Shown here one piece after another: positions 37,517 to 54,521 of a stretch of DNA of 64,000 bases. The notes under the pieces are model-generated. The model had not been told where the DNA came from. It searched no databases and saw only the letters and a list, made by a program, of their open reading frames with translations. Within the stretch, counting starts at the first letter, position 1, and each line of letters begins with the position of its first letter. Position numbers and translations under genes: made by a program. This DNA comes from Salpingoeca rosetta (lineage: Eukaryota > Protista > Choanoflagellata): contig JAWQFM010000011.1 of NCBI GenBank assembly GCA_033442325.1, positions 1,075,162 to 1,139,161 on the forward strand. The letters are read 5' to 3'.

Positions 37517-39383
37517 ACACACCTGCAGATCAAACTGCGTTTCCTGCGCAGGCACGGGAGTAGTGCCGCCGGTGTGAGATGTTCCAGCGTGTACACCCTC
37601 AGGTTGCCTCATGCTCTCGTTCAGGCTGTCAGGATGCGCGGACGAAAAGTAGGCACACAATTGACACACCGCACAGTCAGTAAAGGCAAGGATGCGCTCA
37701 TGACACACAGCATCCACAACGGTCAATACAGGCGTTGCTCATGCTGCTCACCGATTCATGGCTGCATGAAGCAGGTCTTCAACTGTAGTCACCGACGTGC
37801 GAATGAACGGCCAGACAAACAGCAGCTCGGGTTGCACCTGTACGAAAAACCACATCACACCAGCGGTCAGCCATAGGCACGCACGCACACACATACACAC
37901 ACACACACACAGAACTGTTTGACGCACACACACACACACACACAAACAAACAAACAAACAAGCAAGCAAACAAGCAAAAAAACAAACAAACAAACGAACA
38001 AACAAACAAACAAACAAACAAACAAACAAACAAACAAACAAACAAACAAACAAACAAACAAACAAACAAACAAACAAACACACACACACACACACACACA
38101 CAAAGTATGAGCGCAAAATGCGCACCGTGAGGTCGATGTCTCGAATGGCCACCGCAACGTGTGTCGATGGCGGCTCAGAGGGGAACGTGCTTGCAACGCC
38201 AATGCTTGCCTGTTTAACACGGCCGACAAAATATGAAGCGGCTCCCGTGACTTATTTGATGTGATGATCAACACCGGGCACTGAGATGCACTCACAGACA
38301 GACACACACACACACACAGACACAGACAGACAGACAGACAGACACACAGGCACGTACACGAGCACAGACACAGACACAGACAGACAGACACCATATGAAC
38401 AAGCACTGCCCACCTCAAGTGTGATGAGCCCGCCTGTTGGGAGGAGGCAGCAGGGAGTTGGTAGTGCGGTGCATCCCAGTGATGCAGACAAGTCAGTCAT
38501 GGTGGCCACAACTTTCGGCACCGTTGTCATGTTACACTGCGATGGTGCTGATGATGACAAGCTGGCAGTCATGCCGTGCACGCTAGCCTCCAGCCACCAC
38601 GTCTCTTCTGCGTGTGTGCTGACACCGCCACGGTGTACGTGACCGCCATCACACGAGGTATCGTCCAAAGCGGCCGTCATTCCTGTTGCTTGCGCTCCTC
38701 CCGACACGCGAAACACAATGTGCCGCACCCTGAGCTCAGCAGTCAACGGAATAGCACGGCTCAGCACATCACCAGCACCATCGCCTGCAGCAACTTCCGC
38801 ACATGTGTCGTTTGTGTGCGGGTGTGGTTGACCACCACCGAGCCCGCCGCGGCAGTGATGACCTGGGTGTTGCTGCTCTGACTGTGGGTGGCCCTCATGG
38901 TCGTCGTTGTCGGCAACGCAGCCAGCGCAGCTTTCCTTAGCACCACCCAACGTCGTGAGGGACGAGAAGACAGCGCTCAGTGCAGCCATGTCATCAGCAT
39001 GTGCGCGCGCACCCTCGAGTGCAAGAAGAACAACTTCCTCGGGGATGTGCACACACACACCGCCCGGCAGCTGCACAGAGACGTGTGCAGGATCGTCCGT
39101 CTTGGACAAACGCACATCAATTCGCGCCGCCACCTCCACTGTACGCACACCAGCGCGAGCGCCTCTCTGATGACTACGAGAGTTTTCATTGTCACCATTA
39201 GCCGTGGTTGCGTTGTTGGCAACAGCAGCCGGGATGCCACGTGCGTTGTCGTCGCCGTCTGTTGGTCGTGCTGTGGATGATGTTGTGGGTGGGACTGGAA
39301 CGTGGTAGGGATGAGTTGTGGCTTTGGCGGCAAATGCGTCAGGACAGCGATCCTCCACATGGCGATGGTGTCCGTCGTCGTCG

Positions 39384-39422
<39 letters not shown>

Positions 39423-42403
39423 CCCTTGTCAACATAGTCATCGTGTTCATCAGCATTTCTGTCAACGACACCATCTGCGTGTGCGCATCGAACACCAACA
39501 AGCGTGTGCTGCCACATGTCATCTCGCAACAGCTCGGTTGCCAGCCGCACACACGTGCGCATGGGGCGATGCCGCTGTGTGCATAGGGTCACGTCGCCAA
39601 GCAGAAGCGAGTACGTCGATTCGACGGCGCTGGTGCGGGCTCGGAACGTTGTACCAATCACTTGCACACGTAGCAGCGGCACCGCCAAGCCAACAATCCC
39701 CGCCACATTCCGCAGCGCCTGTGCATGCAACACGGCGTTGTGCGAACCAAGCTGCTGACGCTGCTGCTGGTGCTGCTGGTGCTGGAAGCTGAGTCGGTCG
39801 TGGTGTGATTGGTTGTGGTGTGATTGATTGTGGCGTGGTAGGGCATGGTGCGGTTGTTTGTGAAATGCTTGCTCGCTCTGACTGCGTCCCTGCTGCTGCT
39901 CTTGCTGCGGAACAAAGGTGTTGTGTGGCGGTACATCGTGTGCGGGGCTCTCTGCCTTGTACATGACAAGGGTGACGCGGGCAAGCGACACGGCCATGTC
40001 CAGGCTCAACTGCGGCGCCCGCGCTCCTCCAAACAGCACCGAGGACGCAGCGGAGGCGAAGCTGATGGCCGACGCATTCGATGCTGTGCGGCGATGCCCA
40101 CGTTGATGTTGTTGGTGGCGGTGATGGCGATGTTCGTAGTGGCTGCTTGCGAGGTGCGGAGAGTGGAGAGAGTGGAGAGAGTGGCGTGCTTGTGAAAACG
40201 ACCCTGATGGACTGCGAGTCCCTGTTGCTGGGATTGGGCGTGTCGGTATCCCGTGGGTCTGCGAGATCCAGGTGGCATGGAAAGTCCTTTCGTCCACTTC
40301 AACAAGACCGTCGCTGGCGTGTCTACCACCAACATCGCTGACAATATCATCGTCTGCGTATGCAGTCATCATTACCGGAATGCCGCTCAACACCGGTCCC
40401 GCTGCTACCGGTGTTGTTGGAGCCCCTGTCACTGCTGTCGTTGATGGTGATGTCGCTGTGCCCATGCTCGCGCTGCGTGTGTGTCCGCGGACGCGACGAC
40501 GGTTGCGGGAATGCGTTGGTGACGGTGATGGCGAGGTGTCTGCACTTCGCAGTCGCCGGCGCTGCTGGTGCTGGTGTTGGTGCTGGTGCTGGTGCTGGTG
40601 CTGCTCTTGTTGTTGTGGTTGCTTCGATTGTCGTTGATGATGTCGTTGATGTTGCTGCTGCTCTTGGTGTAGTTGTGTGTGCGCAATGTCACTGCTGTGC
40701 GCACGCGTTGGTGTCAGTGACGACCAGCGACCAGCAACATCGCGGCCTGGCGAGCGAGTCAGCTTTGCTGCGTACCTGTCCAGCCGTTCCTGTGCCATCC
40801 ACCACGACGTGGCATACACATCACCTTCCGCATCGGCTGCATTGCTGTCATCTTGCAGACGCCTGCGGCGTGTCATTGCAGACGTGACGCAGCCCACCCG
40901 CTCTTGCCAAGAAGAGTTTGGTGGTGGCGGCGAACGCCAGTGTAAGTGCGTAAGCGCCAGGGCAAACGGCAGTGCGTTGCTCATGGCAACCTCAAGCATT
41001 CCGGCCACTTGGTCGTTGCTGAGAAACGCAACAATCTCGTGTGGAGCCTCCACAAGCAGTTCGTGTGTGAGTGTTGCATGCGAATCAATGCCTTGCGCAC
41101 CATCAACATCAGCGCCGCTGTTACTGCCACCAGCAGCACCACCGCCGCCTCTATGCGTGGGCACAAGCGTGAACGTGAAATCGAGGTCTGTGATGATGGG
41201 AGCCCTCAGTGTCATGTCCCTCTGGTGCCTGTACACGTCCAGCCACGAGTCTGCAGTGGTGCGTGGGCGAAGCGTGTACGCGGAGATGCCTTTGAGTTGC
41301 AGTTGCACGCGAGTGGATGAGCCAAAGAGTCCGTTTGATCCCAGCGAAAATGCGGCATCCAGCGTCGAGTCAAAGGATGCATTTGGGCCCTTGTCTTGGG
41401 CAATGTTTCCATGGGTCCACCAAGGCTGTCCTTGCGTCTCGTTCACATTCCCTGCTGCTGTTTGCGCAGCTGCTGAGGGCCACTCTGACGCGCACACCCG
41501 TGTGCTCTGCAGAACGAACACAAGGAGCGTCGGGTCATGTTGAGTTGCTGCTGCTGCAGGCGTTGATGCAGTAGCTGCTGCTGCCGTTGTCGGCACGAGC
41601 AACGACAACTCTTGCACATCCACATCCACATCTAATGCAGACGAAGTGGCACCTGGCGTGAGGGCGTCAGTCAGGTGGTCGTGGGCTGAGAGACCAAGCA
41701 GCCCCGCAGCCAAGTTGCTGGTGCTGGCGTAGCGTGTACTGACACCACTCTTTGACGTGTGCTGGTCATCATCCCCACTGACAGCGTATGCAAGCGTGCG
41801 CTCCATGGTGTTGATGACACCGTTGATGATGCCGTGACACACGTGAACGGCTGGTGTGAGTGCTGGCATCCATCCCACCAGAGTAGCACCACCACAGCGA
41901 ACACGCACTGATGGCGCAGCCGCACCTCGCTCAGCTCGTTGTTGTTGTTGTTGTTGTTGTTGATGATGATGATGATGTTGTTGTTGTTGTTGTTGCGGCA
42001 GGGATACGTCTAGAATAAGGAACGGCAGCGTGCTGCTTGTCGCAGCAGCAGCAGAAGAAGAAGAAGACATGGAAGGAGCAAGTGGTGGCGCTGTTCCTGT
42101 TGGTCGCTGTGAATGCGTGATTGTGGATGAAAGAGGAGGGCGGGTGCGCAGTAACACAATTGGCGATGGGTCGGTAGCGTCTGCAGCAGTAATTGCCTGC
42201 ATGCACACGCCTCCAACCTTTAACTGCGCTTTGACGGCTTTATCCGCGCCGCTGCGCCACACATTTGCATTGACGTCGTCGACTGTCAGGCTCAGGCTGC
42301 ACAGAGGTGTTGATGGCGAAGATGATGAAGAAGACGTCGATGGTGAAGTCAGTCGCAATGATACACTGGGCAAGTGCATGCTGAGTGATCTTAACAGCTG
42401 CCG

Positions 42404-42465
<62 letters not shown>

Positions 42466-43486
42466 GGGAGGATGACAGCACGCATGCGAGCAAGGCGAGG
42501 GCAGCGTCACGCAAAAGGGTTGTCTCCATCACTTCCATCACCGCATGAACAGCAGCTTCGTTTGCATCGACAGCAACAGCACCAAGCGCGACGGAGCACC
42601 GCAGGCGACCGCAGCCCAACACATCACCACCAGCGGGCTTGTAGTGCTGCATGCTTTCATGCACATGCAGGTGGGCGCGTGTTTCTTGCATGCAGGCAAG
42701 GCGATGATATGAACCCTGGACGGCACGATGCTCAGGGGTCCTGTTGCTGCAGGGTAACACATCCAGAGCAAAGGGAGACACGACGACGGACCACGGCAGC
42801 GTCGGTTGTGACAACTCTAGCAGCAGCGGCAGCTCCGTCATGCGTGTGACGTGTGGTGTGGTGGTGTTGGGGGTGATGGTGATACTCGGCACATGCATCA
42901 CCATCATTACTGGTGCTTCAACGGAGCCGACAGCGAATGGTAACCCGCCCAGGTTGTCGCCGCTGCTGTTGTTGCTGCTGTTGTTGTTGTTGAGGCCTGC
43001 GGGGTTGGAATGTATGTGGCGGATTAATGACGGCAGGAAGGACGTACGGGACAAAACGTCGCTGTGATGAACGACAGCAAGGGCACCAGACGCAAGGTCT
43101 GCTTGCATGACACAATGCGACAGATTTCCCAGCCAACCCTGTCCCTGCTCCTGTTGCGGCTGCTCGCTGCTATGGAGGTTTCTGTCGTTTTGCTGCTGTG
43201 GTGTGGACGGCTGCTCTTGCGTTGGTGCTGAAGCGGCTGCTTCGAGACCAGGCCCACACGACACCAACTCCAGCACGTGAAAGGCAGCGGTGCATGCTGC
43301 ATCAACGCACGATGCGTCCAGTGCACCCGCGAAAGGAGAGGTGGTGATGGTGAACACATTTGGTCTGAAGGTTGACTCCACGGACATTGGGTCCACATCG
43401 CCACCACCCGCTCCTGACCATTCAGCCGTGGTTGATGACGGCCATTCTGTTTCCAGCGTCACAACAAGCGCTGTGCTTGGTTCTGG

Positions 43487-43557
<71 letters not shown>

Positions 43558-43611
43558 GCTGCTGCTGCTGCTGCTGCTGTTGTTGTTGTTGTTGTTGCTG
43601 CTGCTGCTGCT

Positions 43612-43643
<32 letters not shown>

Positions 43644-43939
43644 TGCTGCTGTGCTTGGTGGCCGTTCGCAGCAATGTCATTGTTGTGCCAGTGATGGGCG
43701 GCTGGCGAGCACGGCATGAGGAAGAGGGTGCATTGCTCGCCATCAAGCAGAGAGGGGTGTCTGCGCTGGCATTTCAGTTCCACGATGCCACACCGCAGCG
43801 CCTGTTGATGCCACGCCACAACCAGCCAGAGTGAGCAAGCGTGGGCGAGGTGTCACATTTGCAGAAGCCCAAATAACCATGCTTCAACAACACATGCATT
43901 CATGGCCAAGGACACGGACACGGACACGGACACGGACAC

Positions 43940-43980
<41 letters not shown>

Positions 43981-45807
43981 AGCACCAGCACCAACACACA
44001 CACACACACAAACGCACACACACACATATACACAAACGCACCAGAGCTTGATTGACGACAAGTTCAAGGCAGAAGCCGGACGCTGTCAGCACAATCGGAC
44101 ACAGCAATGTTTCCGATTGTTGTTGTTCGCGGTGCGTGCACTGTATGAGAGCGTGCAGGTCAAGTTCGCCGCGTGCAAGCGTAATGTCAGCGTTGCACGT
44201 GCGCACGCACTGCATCCACCGATGCTGGCTGCCACACCCATCATCGGCCCTGGGAGTGCAGGTAGACTCGCTGTGGCTGTCTGAATCGTCTGTGCATATG
44301 AAATCGAGTAGACCTTGTGGGTGCACCTCCACCCGACACGCCACCCGCAGCTGCCGGGCCGTGAGCGCTGCCAGCTCCACCTCATCCACCGCCACGTTTG
44401 CTTCGTCACGTGCTGTATCATTCTTTGGCCCGCGTGTTGCAGTCGGTACAGATGTGGAGGACCTGGCACCAGCAGTCACACGCTCGCAGTCAAACTGCAC
44501 CAGCGCAGTGATTGGAAGCCGCAGCGGTGCTGGCAACGAAGAAGGCGCTGTCGAGGAGGCTGCACTCTCCGCATCGTGCCAACTCGAGGTGCTCTTTGTG
44601 GCCGAGAATGCGGCTGCTGCCAGGGGCGTTGGGACTTTGATTGATGCCGTCAGGCGGGTGTTGTCAACTGTGCATGCAAGCACGCGTGGAGGGAGTGACT
44701 GTGGCTGCATGGTCGCAGCCAGCACCCAGCTTGCATCACACGACACGACAAAGTGGTCCAAGCTTCCGGTCAGCTTCAGAAAGCGAAGGCGATCAACGCT
44801 CCACAGTGGCGGCGGCGAGACGTCCTGCTCACCACCGTCATCTCCAGCGTAGTCATCATCGTAGTCCTCGGCACCGTTGCCGTCAAAGTCATCACCACCG
44901 CCATCTTGGTTGTCGTGATCATTGGGTGCAGTGTGTGCAGCGTGTTTGGTGTCGAGTGTTTCGTCTGCTGCATGCGGTGAACTGGCGCCATCGCGCGGTG
45001 TACTGGTGTGGCGTGGCGGACGCCTGTCTTGGTCATCGTCTCCGCTGTGGTGGCCATGAAGCGTGTCTCCGAGTCCGCTACGAAGTTCAGTGGCCAGTTT
45101 GTCCACCATTGCCGCGGCACAGTCAATGCCATGCATGATGTCAGCATTTAGAGTGACTGCGCACGTGGAAACAACGCACGACACATCCAAATGTGTTCGG
45201 CGCGCTGCCGCCGCAGCCGTTGTTCTGTCACCTCCAACGTGCCTGCGCTGCTGTGGATGACCGTGGGATGGCGCTGCTGCTGTTGACGCTGACGATGGTG
45301 AGTCATCAGTGGCTTCGAGCGCGGCGCGGAGTGAAACCCCGCCATACCGCTGCGATGGCGCCCTGCACGTCATGCATGCGTGTACATGTGTGCGCGCGTG
45401 TGTGACCAAGTGAGTGCGCATGTGCGTGTGTGTATGTGTGAGGATTCGAAAAGAACAAATGTCACAAGTCCCCTCCCACTTTCTAGGAGGAGCACATGCG
45501 AGCTCCTTTCGTGCCAGAAGCGCGCGCGCGAGAGAGAGACAGAGAGTGCGAGTGCATCAACAAGCACCACAGGCAAACGTTTGCCGGACCTTCCAGTGGG
45601 CGTGGAAGCTGTTGCTTGGAAGAACAGCGTGTCACGAAGATGTGCAGCGCCGTTGCCGACGTCGGCACTGCCACCGCCACGGCCACCAGTACTGTTGCCA
45701 TCTGGACCTCGCTTCCCGTTCGAACCCGCGTGTCGGGCGTGATCGATCTCACTCTCTTCACTGCTTGCCATATCCTTACCGTCACGATTATGGCGACCAC
45801 CACCACC

Positions 45808-45838
<31 letters not shown>

Positions 45839-46557
45839 GCGGCGGGACGGTCCATGCGCCTCGCATCATGATCTCCACCATCGTCATCGCCGCTGTTCCC
45901 GTGACCGCCACTGCGTTGGTTGTTCGACCTTGCACTGCGCCGGCCAATGAAGACAAAGACGTGGCCATCACCAGCACCAGCATCAGCACCAGCACTAGCA
46001 TCAATACTCGCTCCTGCTACTGTTGATGCAATGTTGGTGTTTAACGATGACGCGGACAGCAGCAAGTGCGACGAGGCACGTGCACGCCCTGCCGTTGCTG
46101 CGTGCTGTGCGTTGGACGGCCCAGTCGCGGTGGCAGCAGGTGTTGCAGAAGCGTGTGGAGGCCGTGGCGGCTGCAAGGACGGCATGATGATACGGAAGGT
46201 GTTGAATCCAGCAGTCAGCTGCAGGTGTGTTGATGGAGACGTGAAAGCAGACAGGCCAGCGCCTGCCAAATGCAAGGACAGCAAGGGCGTCGTGTGCACG
46301 CGGCAATAGGCGAGAAAAGGGTCTCGCAGGACTTGCTGAAGGCTCGTCAGGTGCAAGGACAGCTGCCCCACGTGCACTCCTCCCTGGAACATCACAGCAG
46401 CGTCATCGACCGACTGTTCCCGTGCTGTCGCCGCTCTGCCTTGACGTGTCCTTGTTGTTTTTGGTGCTGCTATGCTGTCACCCCCATCATTGATACCTGG
46501 TTCATGTGTATTTGCCCAATCATCACTGTCGCCGGTTGCGTTCCCGTCATCATCATC

Positions 46558-46589
<32 letters not shown>

Positions 46590-47546
46590 CTTCATCATTG
46601 CCCCATAACCAGAGATTCCACCATGAGCCAGCGGTTTCTGCCGCCAATGGCGTGTTTACTGCTGTCGCCGCTGCTGTTGCGCGCTGCCGGTTCGGATCGT
46701 CCGCTGTCGCATGTGATGTCCCAATGACTGCTGCTGCTGCTGCTGCTGTTGTTGATGTTGTTGATGTTGTTGCTGTTGTTGCTGTTGCTACAGCCGCTGC
46801 GGTGTGAATGCGATCTGCTGCCAATGTGTTGCGAGTGTGTGGGGTAGTGTGTGGGGTACTGGACAGCACAGGACGACGCGCGGCAGCAGCATCTCCAGCG
46901 TCCTCTCCACCCTCTTCTTCTTCCTCCTCTTGTTGCTGCTGCCGGTGAAGACGTGTCAGATGTCGTTCTGTCGTGTGTATGGCTGCGACGATGTCGCATG
47001 CTGCTGTGACCAGTGCTGTTAGCTGCTGGTCGCACAGGGTGATGGTGGCGGAGGGGAGGTGTACGTCTGCTTGCACCAGGCTCGGTCCTGCTGTGAACCC
47101 GTGCGTAAACGTCAGCCTACGCGTATGTGACGCGCGAGCAATAGGTGCGCAAGTGTGTGCGCATGTGAGTGAGTGAGTGAGTGAGTGAGTGAGTGAGTGA
47201 GTGAGTGAGTGAGTGAGTGAGTGAGTGAGTGAGTGAGTGAGTGAGTGAGTGAGTGAGTGAGTGAGTGAGTGAGTGAGTGAGTGAGTGAGTGAGTGAGTGT
47301 GTGTGTGTGTGAGTGTTGATGTGCGGTTGCAGCAATGACGTCCCGATCAGCGCGTCATGACACCTTTGCATACCTTGAGCGAACATGCACGTTGAGGTTC
47401 GACAGCACGGGCGGATACACGACGTTTGCTGAGCTGTCAGCCTGAAGGGGGGATCAAAGTGTACAAGAGTGATTGAATGTAAGCATACGAATAAACAGCG
47501 AAGTGAAAAAGCACACTGACGGCTGGAGCATTCACATGCACACACA

Positions 47547-47585
<39 letters not shown>

Positions 47586-48697
47586 ACACACACACGTACG
47601 CATGCACAAATACACGCACGTGTGATTCGTCGAGGTGGAGAGTGATGCCGCTGAAGCTGAGCTGCTTGTGCATGGCAAAGTGCTGGGCGTCTACCTGACA
47701 CGTGGCGGGTTTCCAGTTTGCACTGCACGTCATAACTTCGATCGTGTGCACATGAACGCGCGCAACGACCGGGTCCATGCTTGCATGCAGCGTCAGCCCG
47801 TTCACCCGAAGCACAATATTAGCCAGCACGGTGTGCATCAAGTTTTGCAGGTACCCAGGGGCAGACGCGCTGACGCTGGCCGAAGAGGATTTGCGCGACA
47901 ACGGCGGCTGCTGGCGCTGCTGCTGCTGCTGCTGCTGCTGCTGTGTGGCGATGATGAAGCGCCACGAGGCGATGTTGCAGTCTGGGTTGCGCTCCCGCGT
48001 CGTGGGGACCCACGCCGCGACGACGCGGACAGCGAAGGGGACGAGGGTGGTGTGCTGCGCGCTGCAGGCGATGACGGTGCATCGGGTGCCCGCGCCGGGT
48101 GGGATGACAACAGGTGCGTGAAGGTGGCGGCGGACACCGCGGCATCGGCGTCGATGGACATGAGCGTGCAGTGGACATCCTCCAGCGTGACAACCACGGG
48201 CTCTGACCCGATGCGTGTCCATGGAATCTCAATGATGAGGCGGCCAACTCGCCCATGCGCCAGCTGTATCCCCAGCAACCAAAGTCCAGTTGAATGGGGT
48301 GATAGCGTATGCATTCAGAAACGCCAGTGAGCGTGTATCATGCAAGCGAGTACCATGTGGTTTGTGATTGTAAGTGAGTGAGTGAGTGAGTGAGTGAGTG
48401 AGTGAGTGAGTGAGTGAGTGAGTGTGATTGTGAGTGAGTGTTGATGTGCTGCACTCGTACGATGGGAGGGAAGTGGCAGACCAACACGGGTCACCACACA
48501 GTGATCGCAGGGAAGCAGCTCACGCGAAGGCATGGCGGCAGCTCGAGCGTTTCTTGCAGGACAGCTGTGTTCAAGTTGAGGTTGGCCAATGTCGCCTTGC
48601 CGTGCCAGAACGACAGGTTCAGCTGCGATGCATCAAAGTTGGTCACATAGTCCTCCAGGTACCCGGCCACCACTCGCTGCACATACTGTTCAAGCAT
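28784..48697 (-). CDS. VPS13B: VPS13B/COH1-like bridge-like lipid transfer protein, ~16 exons including very large ones
   Basis: Chorein-N MLEQYVQRVVAGYLEDYVTNFDASQLNLSFWHGKATLANL; IPWTRIGSEPVVVTL and PGYLQNLMHTVLAN (VPS13B-type); C-terminal AGWVVGSLGLLGSPATGIR, FGMGLLAGIAGLADQP, GFGRGVVGLVTKPLEG. Large exons correspond to ORFs 45370-47076, 43853-45421, 38252-43819, 33540-36251, 30576-33353. Confidence 0.88.
43487..43651 (-). repeat. Coding (CAG/CAA) repeat encoding 55 Gln in VPS13B
   Basis: 165 bp in frame within ORF 38252-43819. Confidence 0.9.
47166..47299. repeat. (GAGT)n microsatellite, VPS13B intron
   Basis: Direct read. Confidence 0.95.
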
Positions 48698-48816
48698 ACG
48701 CGCCTGTCAGCAGGAACAAAAGGGAGGAGCTCCAAAAGAGGGAACCAGTGGGCGAGTGAACGATGTGTGTGTGTGTGCGTAAGTGAACGTTGTGTGTGTG
48801 TGTGTGTGTGAACGTT

Positions 48817-48971
<155 letters not shown>

Positions 48972-49112
48972 CGTTGAGGGGTCGGTGTCGTTTCCCTGCT
49001 GACTGCTGACAGGACCACCGAGCGGTTTGTGGGCATTGTGGGCGATTCGCCATATCTTCCAGTAATAACCCACCACCCACGTGAAGGCAACAAGGAAAGC
49101 AAACCAGCAAGC

Positions 49113-52690
<3,578 letters not shown>

Positions 52691-53015
52691 CACGGGCATG
52701 TGCTTGTTGTTGGGTGTTGTGTCTTGTCCGGGTCTGAGTCCGTGTGCGTGTGCATGTGTGCGACTTGTGGTCTTATGGAATCATTGTGTGGATTCGCTGT
52801 ACATATGAATGTGATGCATGTTGTCGTTGGTGCGTGTGTGTGTGTGTATGTCAAGGTAAACTCGTTTAGCGTCGCCACAATACACGCGCGTTCCACCATC
52901 AACGCCAGCGAACAATAGGGAGAAGAGCACAAGAAAGAGCGAAAGCGCAGGAACAGCTCGGGCAGCAACAAAGAACAGTCGAGAGCCACGTACAAACACA
53001 AGACAGAGATAGCAA

Positions 53016-53047
<32 letters not shown>

Positions 53048-53065
53048 ACAATGCTACACGAGTGG

Positions 53066-54439
53066 TCATTCGCCCGTGTCAATGAGCTCCTCGTTGTTTC
53101 CCAGCAGCGGCTCCCGCAGACCGCCACCGCCACCACCACCGCTGCTGTTGCCATTGCTGTCATTGGGGCGTGTGGGCGTTCGGTCCAGCGAATCTTGCGT
53201 CACGTGTGCACGGAATGCTGTGGATTGCATCATGGGTGGCCCAAACGGGCGCTGAGTGATGGTCTTGCGGTGGTGCATGTACGTGCCAGCCTCGTCACCA
53301 AGGCCAACCTCCTCTTCAATCTCGGTGCTGGTGAGCAGCGGTGTGGCCTTGGTCGGCTCCAGCCCAAAGGGGATGTGGCCAAAGGTTGCGTCCATGCCAA
53401 GGGGCGCGTCCATGGATGGCATGTGTTTCCAGTAGCGAAACGCGGCGCCCTGACGGCCCCACGACACTTCTTCGTCCCAAACGCGTTTCAACACATGTTC
53501 GCAGCCGTGCGCGGAGAAGGGGTCGTACATCATCGCAGACACCTTGAACCAGCCAACCTGTAAGCAAAGGGGGGGGGGGAGGACAGAGGTGGTGGGATGT
53601 TGGGAACGCGAGGAGTGGATGGTGGGAACGGGAACGTGCGTGTGCGTGTGTGCGTGTGTGTGTGTGTGTGGGGGGGGGAGGATTGTCAGACACGCTCACA
53701 CAAACAGACAGACAGATAGATCGTCAGGCAGAGCCACGGACAGACAGACAGGTCGGCAGACAGGCAGACACAACCACAGACACATGTGCACACACAGACA
53801 CACACACAGACACACACACAGACACACACATGACCACACACAGACACACACACACACACACACAGACCAACACACCACATTAGCTGCACAGGAACAGGTG
53901 GCGGAAGCGACTTACGAAGAAGATAAACTCCATCATGCCAAACCAAGGGAGGTAGTAGTCCACAGTCTCGCCATTACGCAATCGCGGGGAGGATGAGGGA
54001 GCAGCTTCGTTGCTGAGGTGGAACTGGCGCCCAAACACGGCCGCAAGGAAGTACGAGTACACGGCAAAGCCAATGATGTTCACCATGACAATCGGGATGG
54101 GGTGGTTGTTGAAGCCACGCAGGATGGCGTTTGACGTGCGCCACGCAACCAGCTCCTGATTGCGGCGTGTTGCGTGTTGTGTGTGTTGTGTGTTGTGTGG
54201 TGTGAAGAAGAAGAAGGAAGCAACGGACGGGTGGATCAGAGGGTAAGCGAGACACGGGGCACACACAAGAGCGTTTGAGATGCAAATTCATTTGGAGGCA
54301 CAAAGTCAAGTCATCCACACACACACACACACAGAGAGACAGACAGGCAGATAGATTTACAGACACACACACAGAGATAGATTCACAGACACACATGCAG
54401 ACAGACAGACAGACAGATGCACAAATAACCCCCTGGCCA

Positions 54440-54521
<82 letters not shown>

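Noticed and set aside
30576-47076. Large minus-strand ORFs as separate genes or a retroelement/viral insert
   Set aside because: No RT/integrase/capsid motifs; flanked by splice sites and bracketed by VPS13B N- and C-terminal domains.
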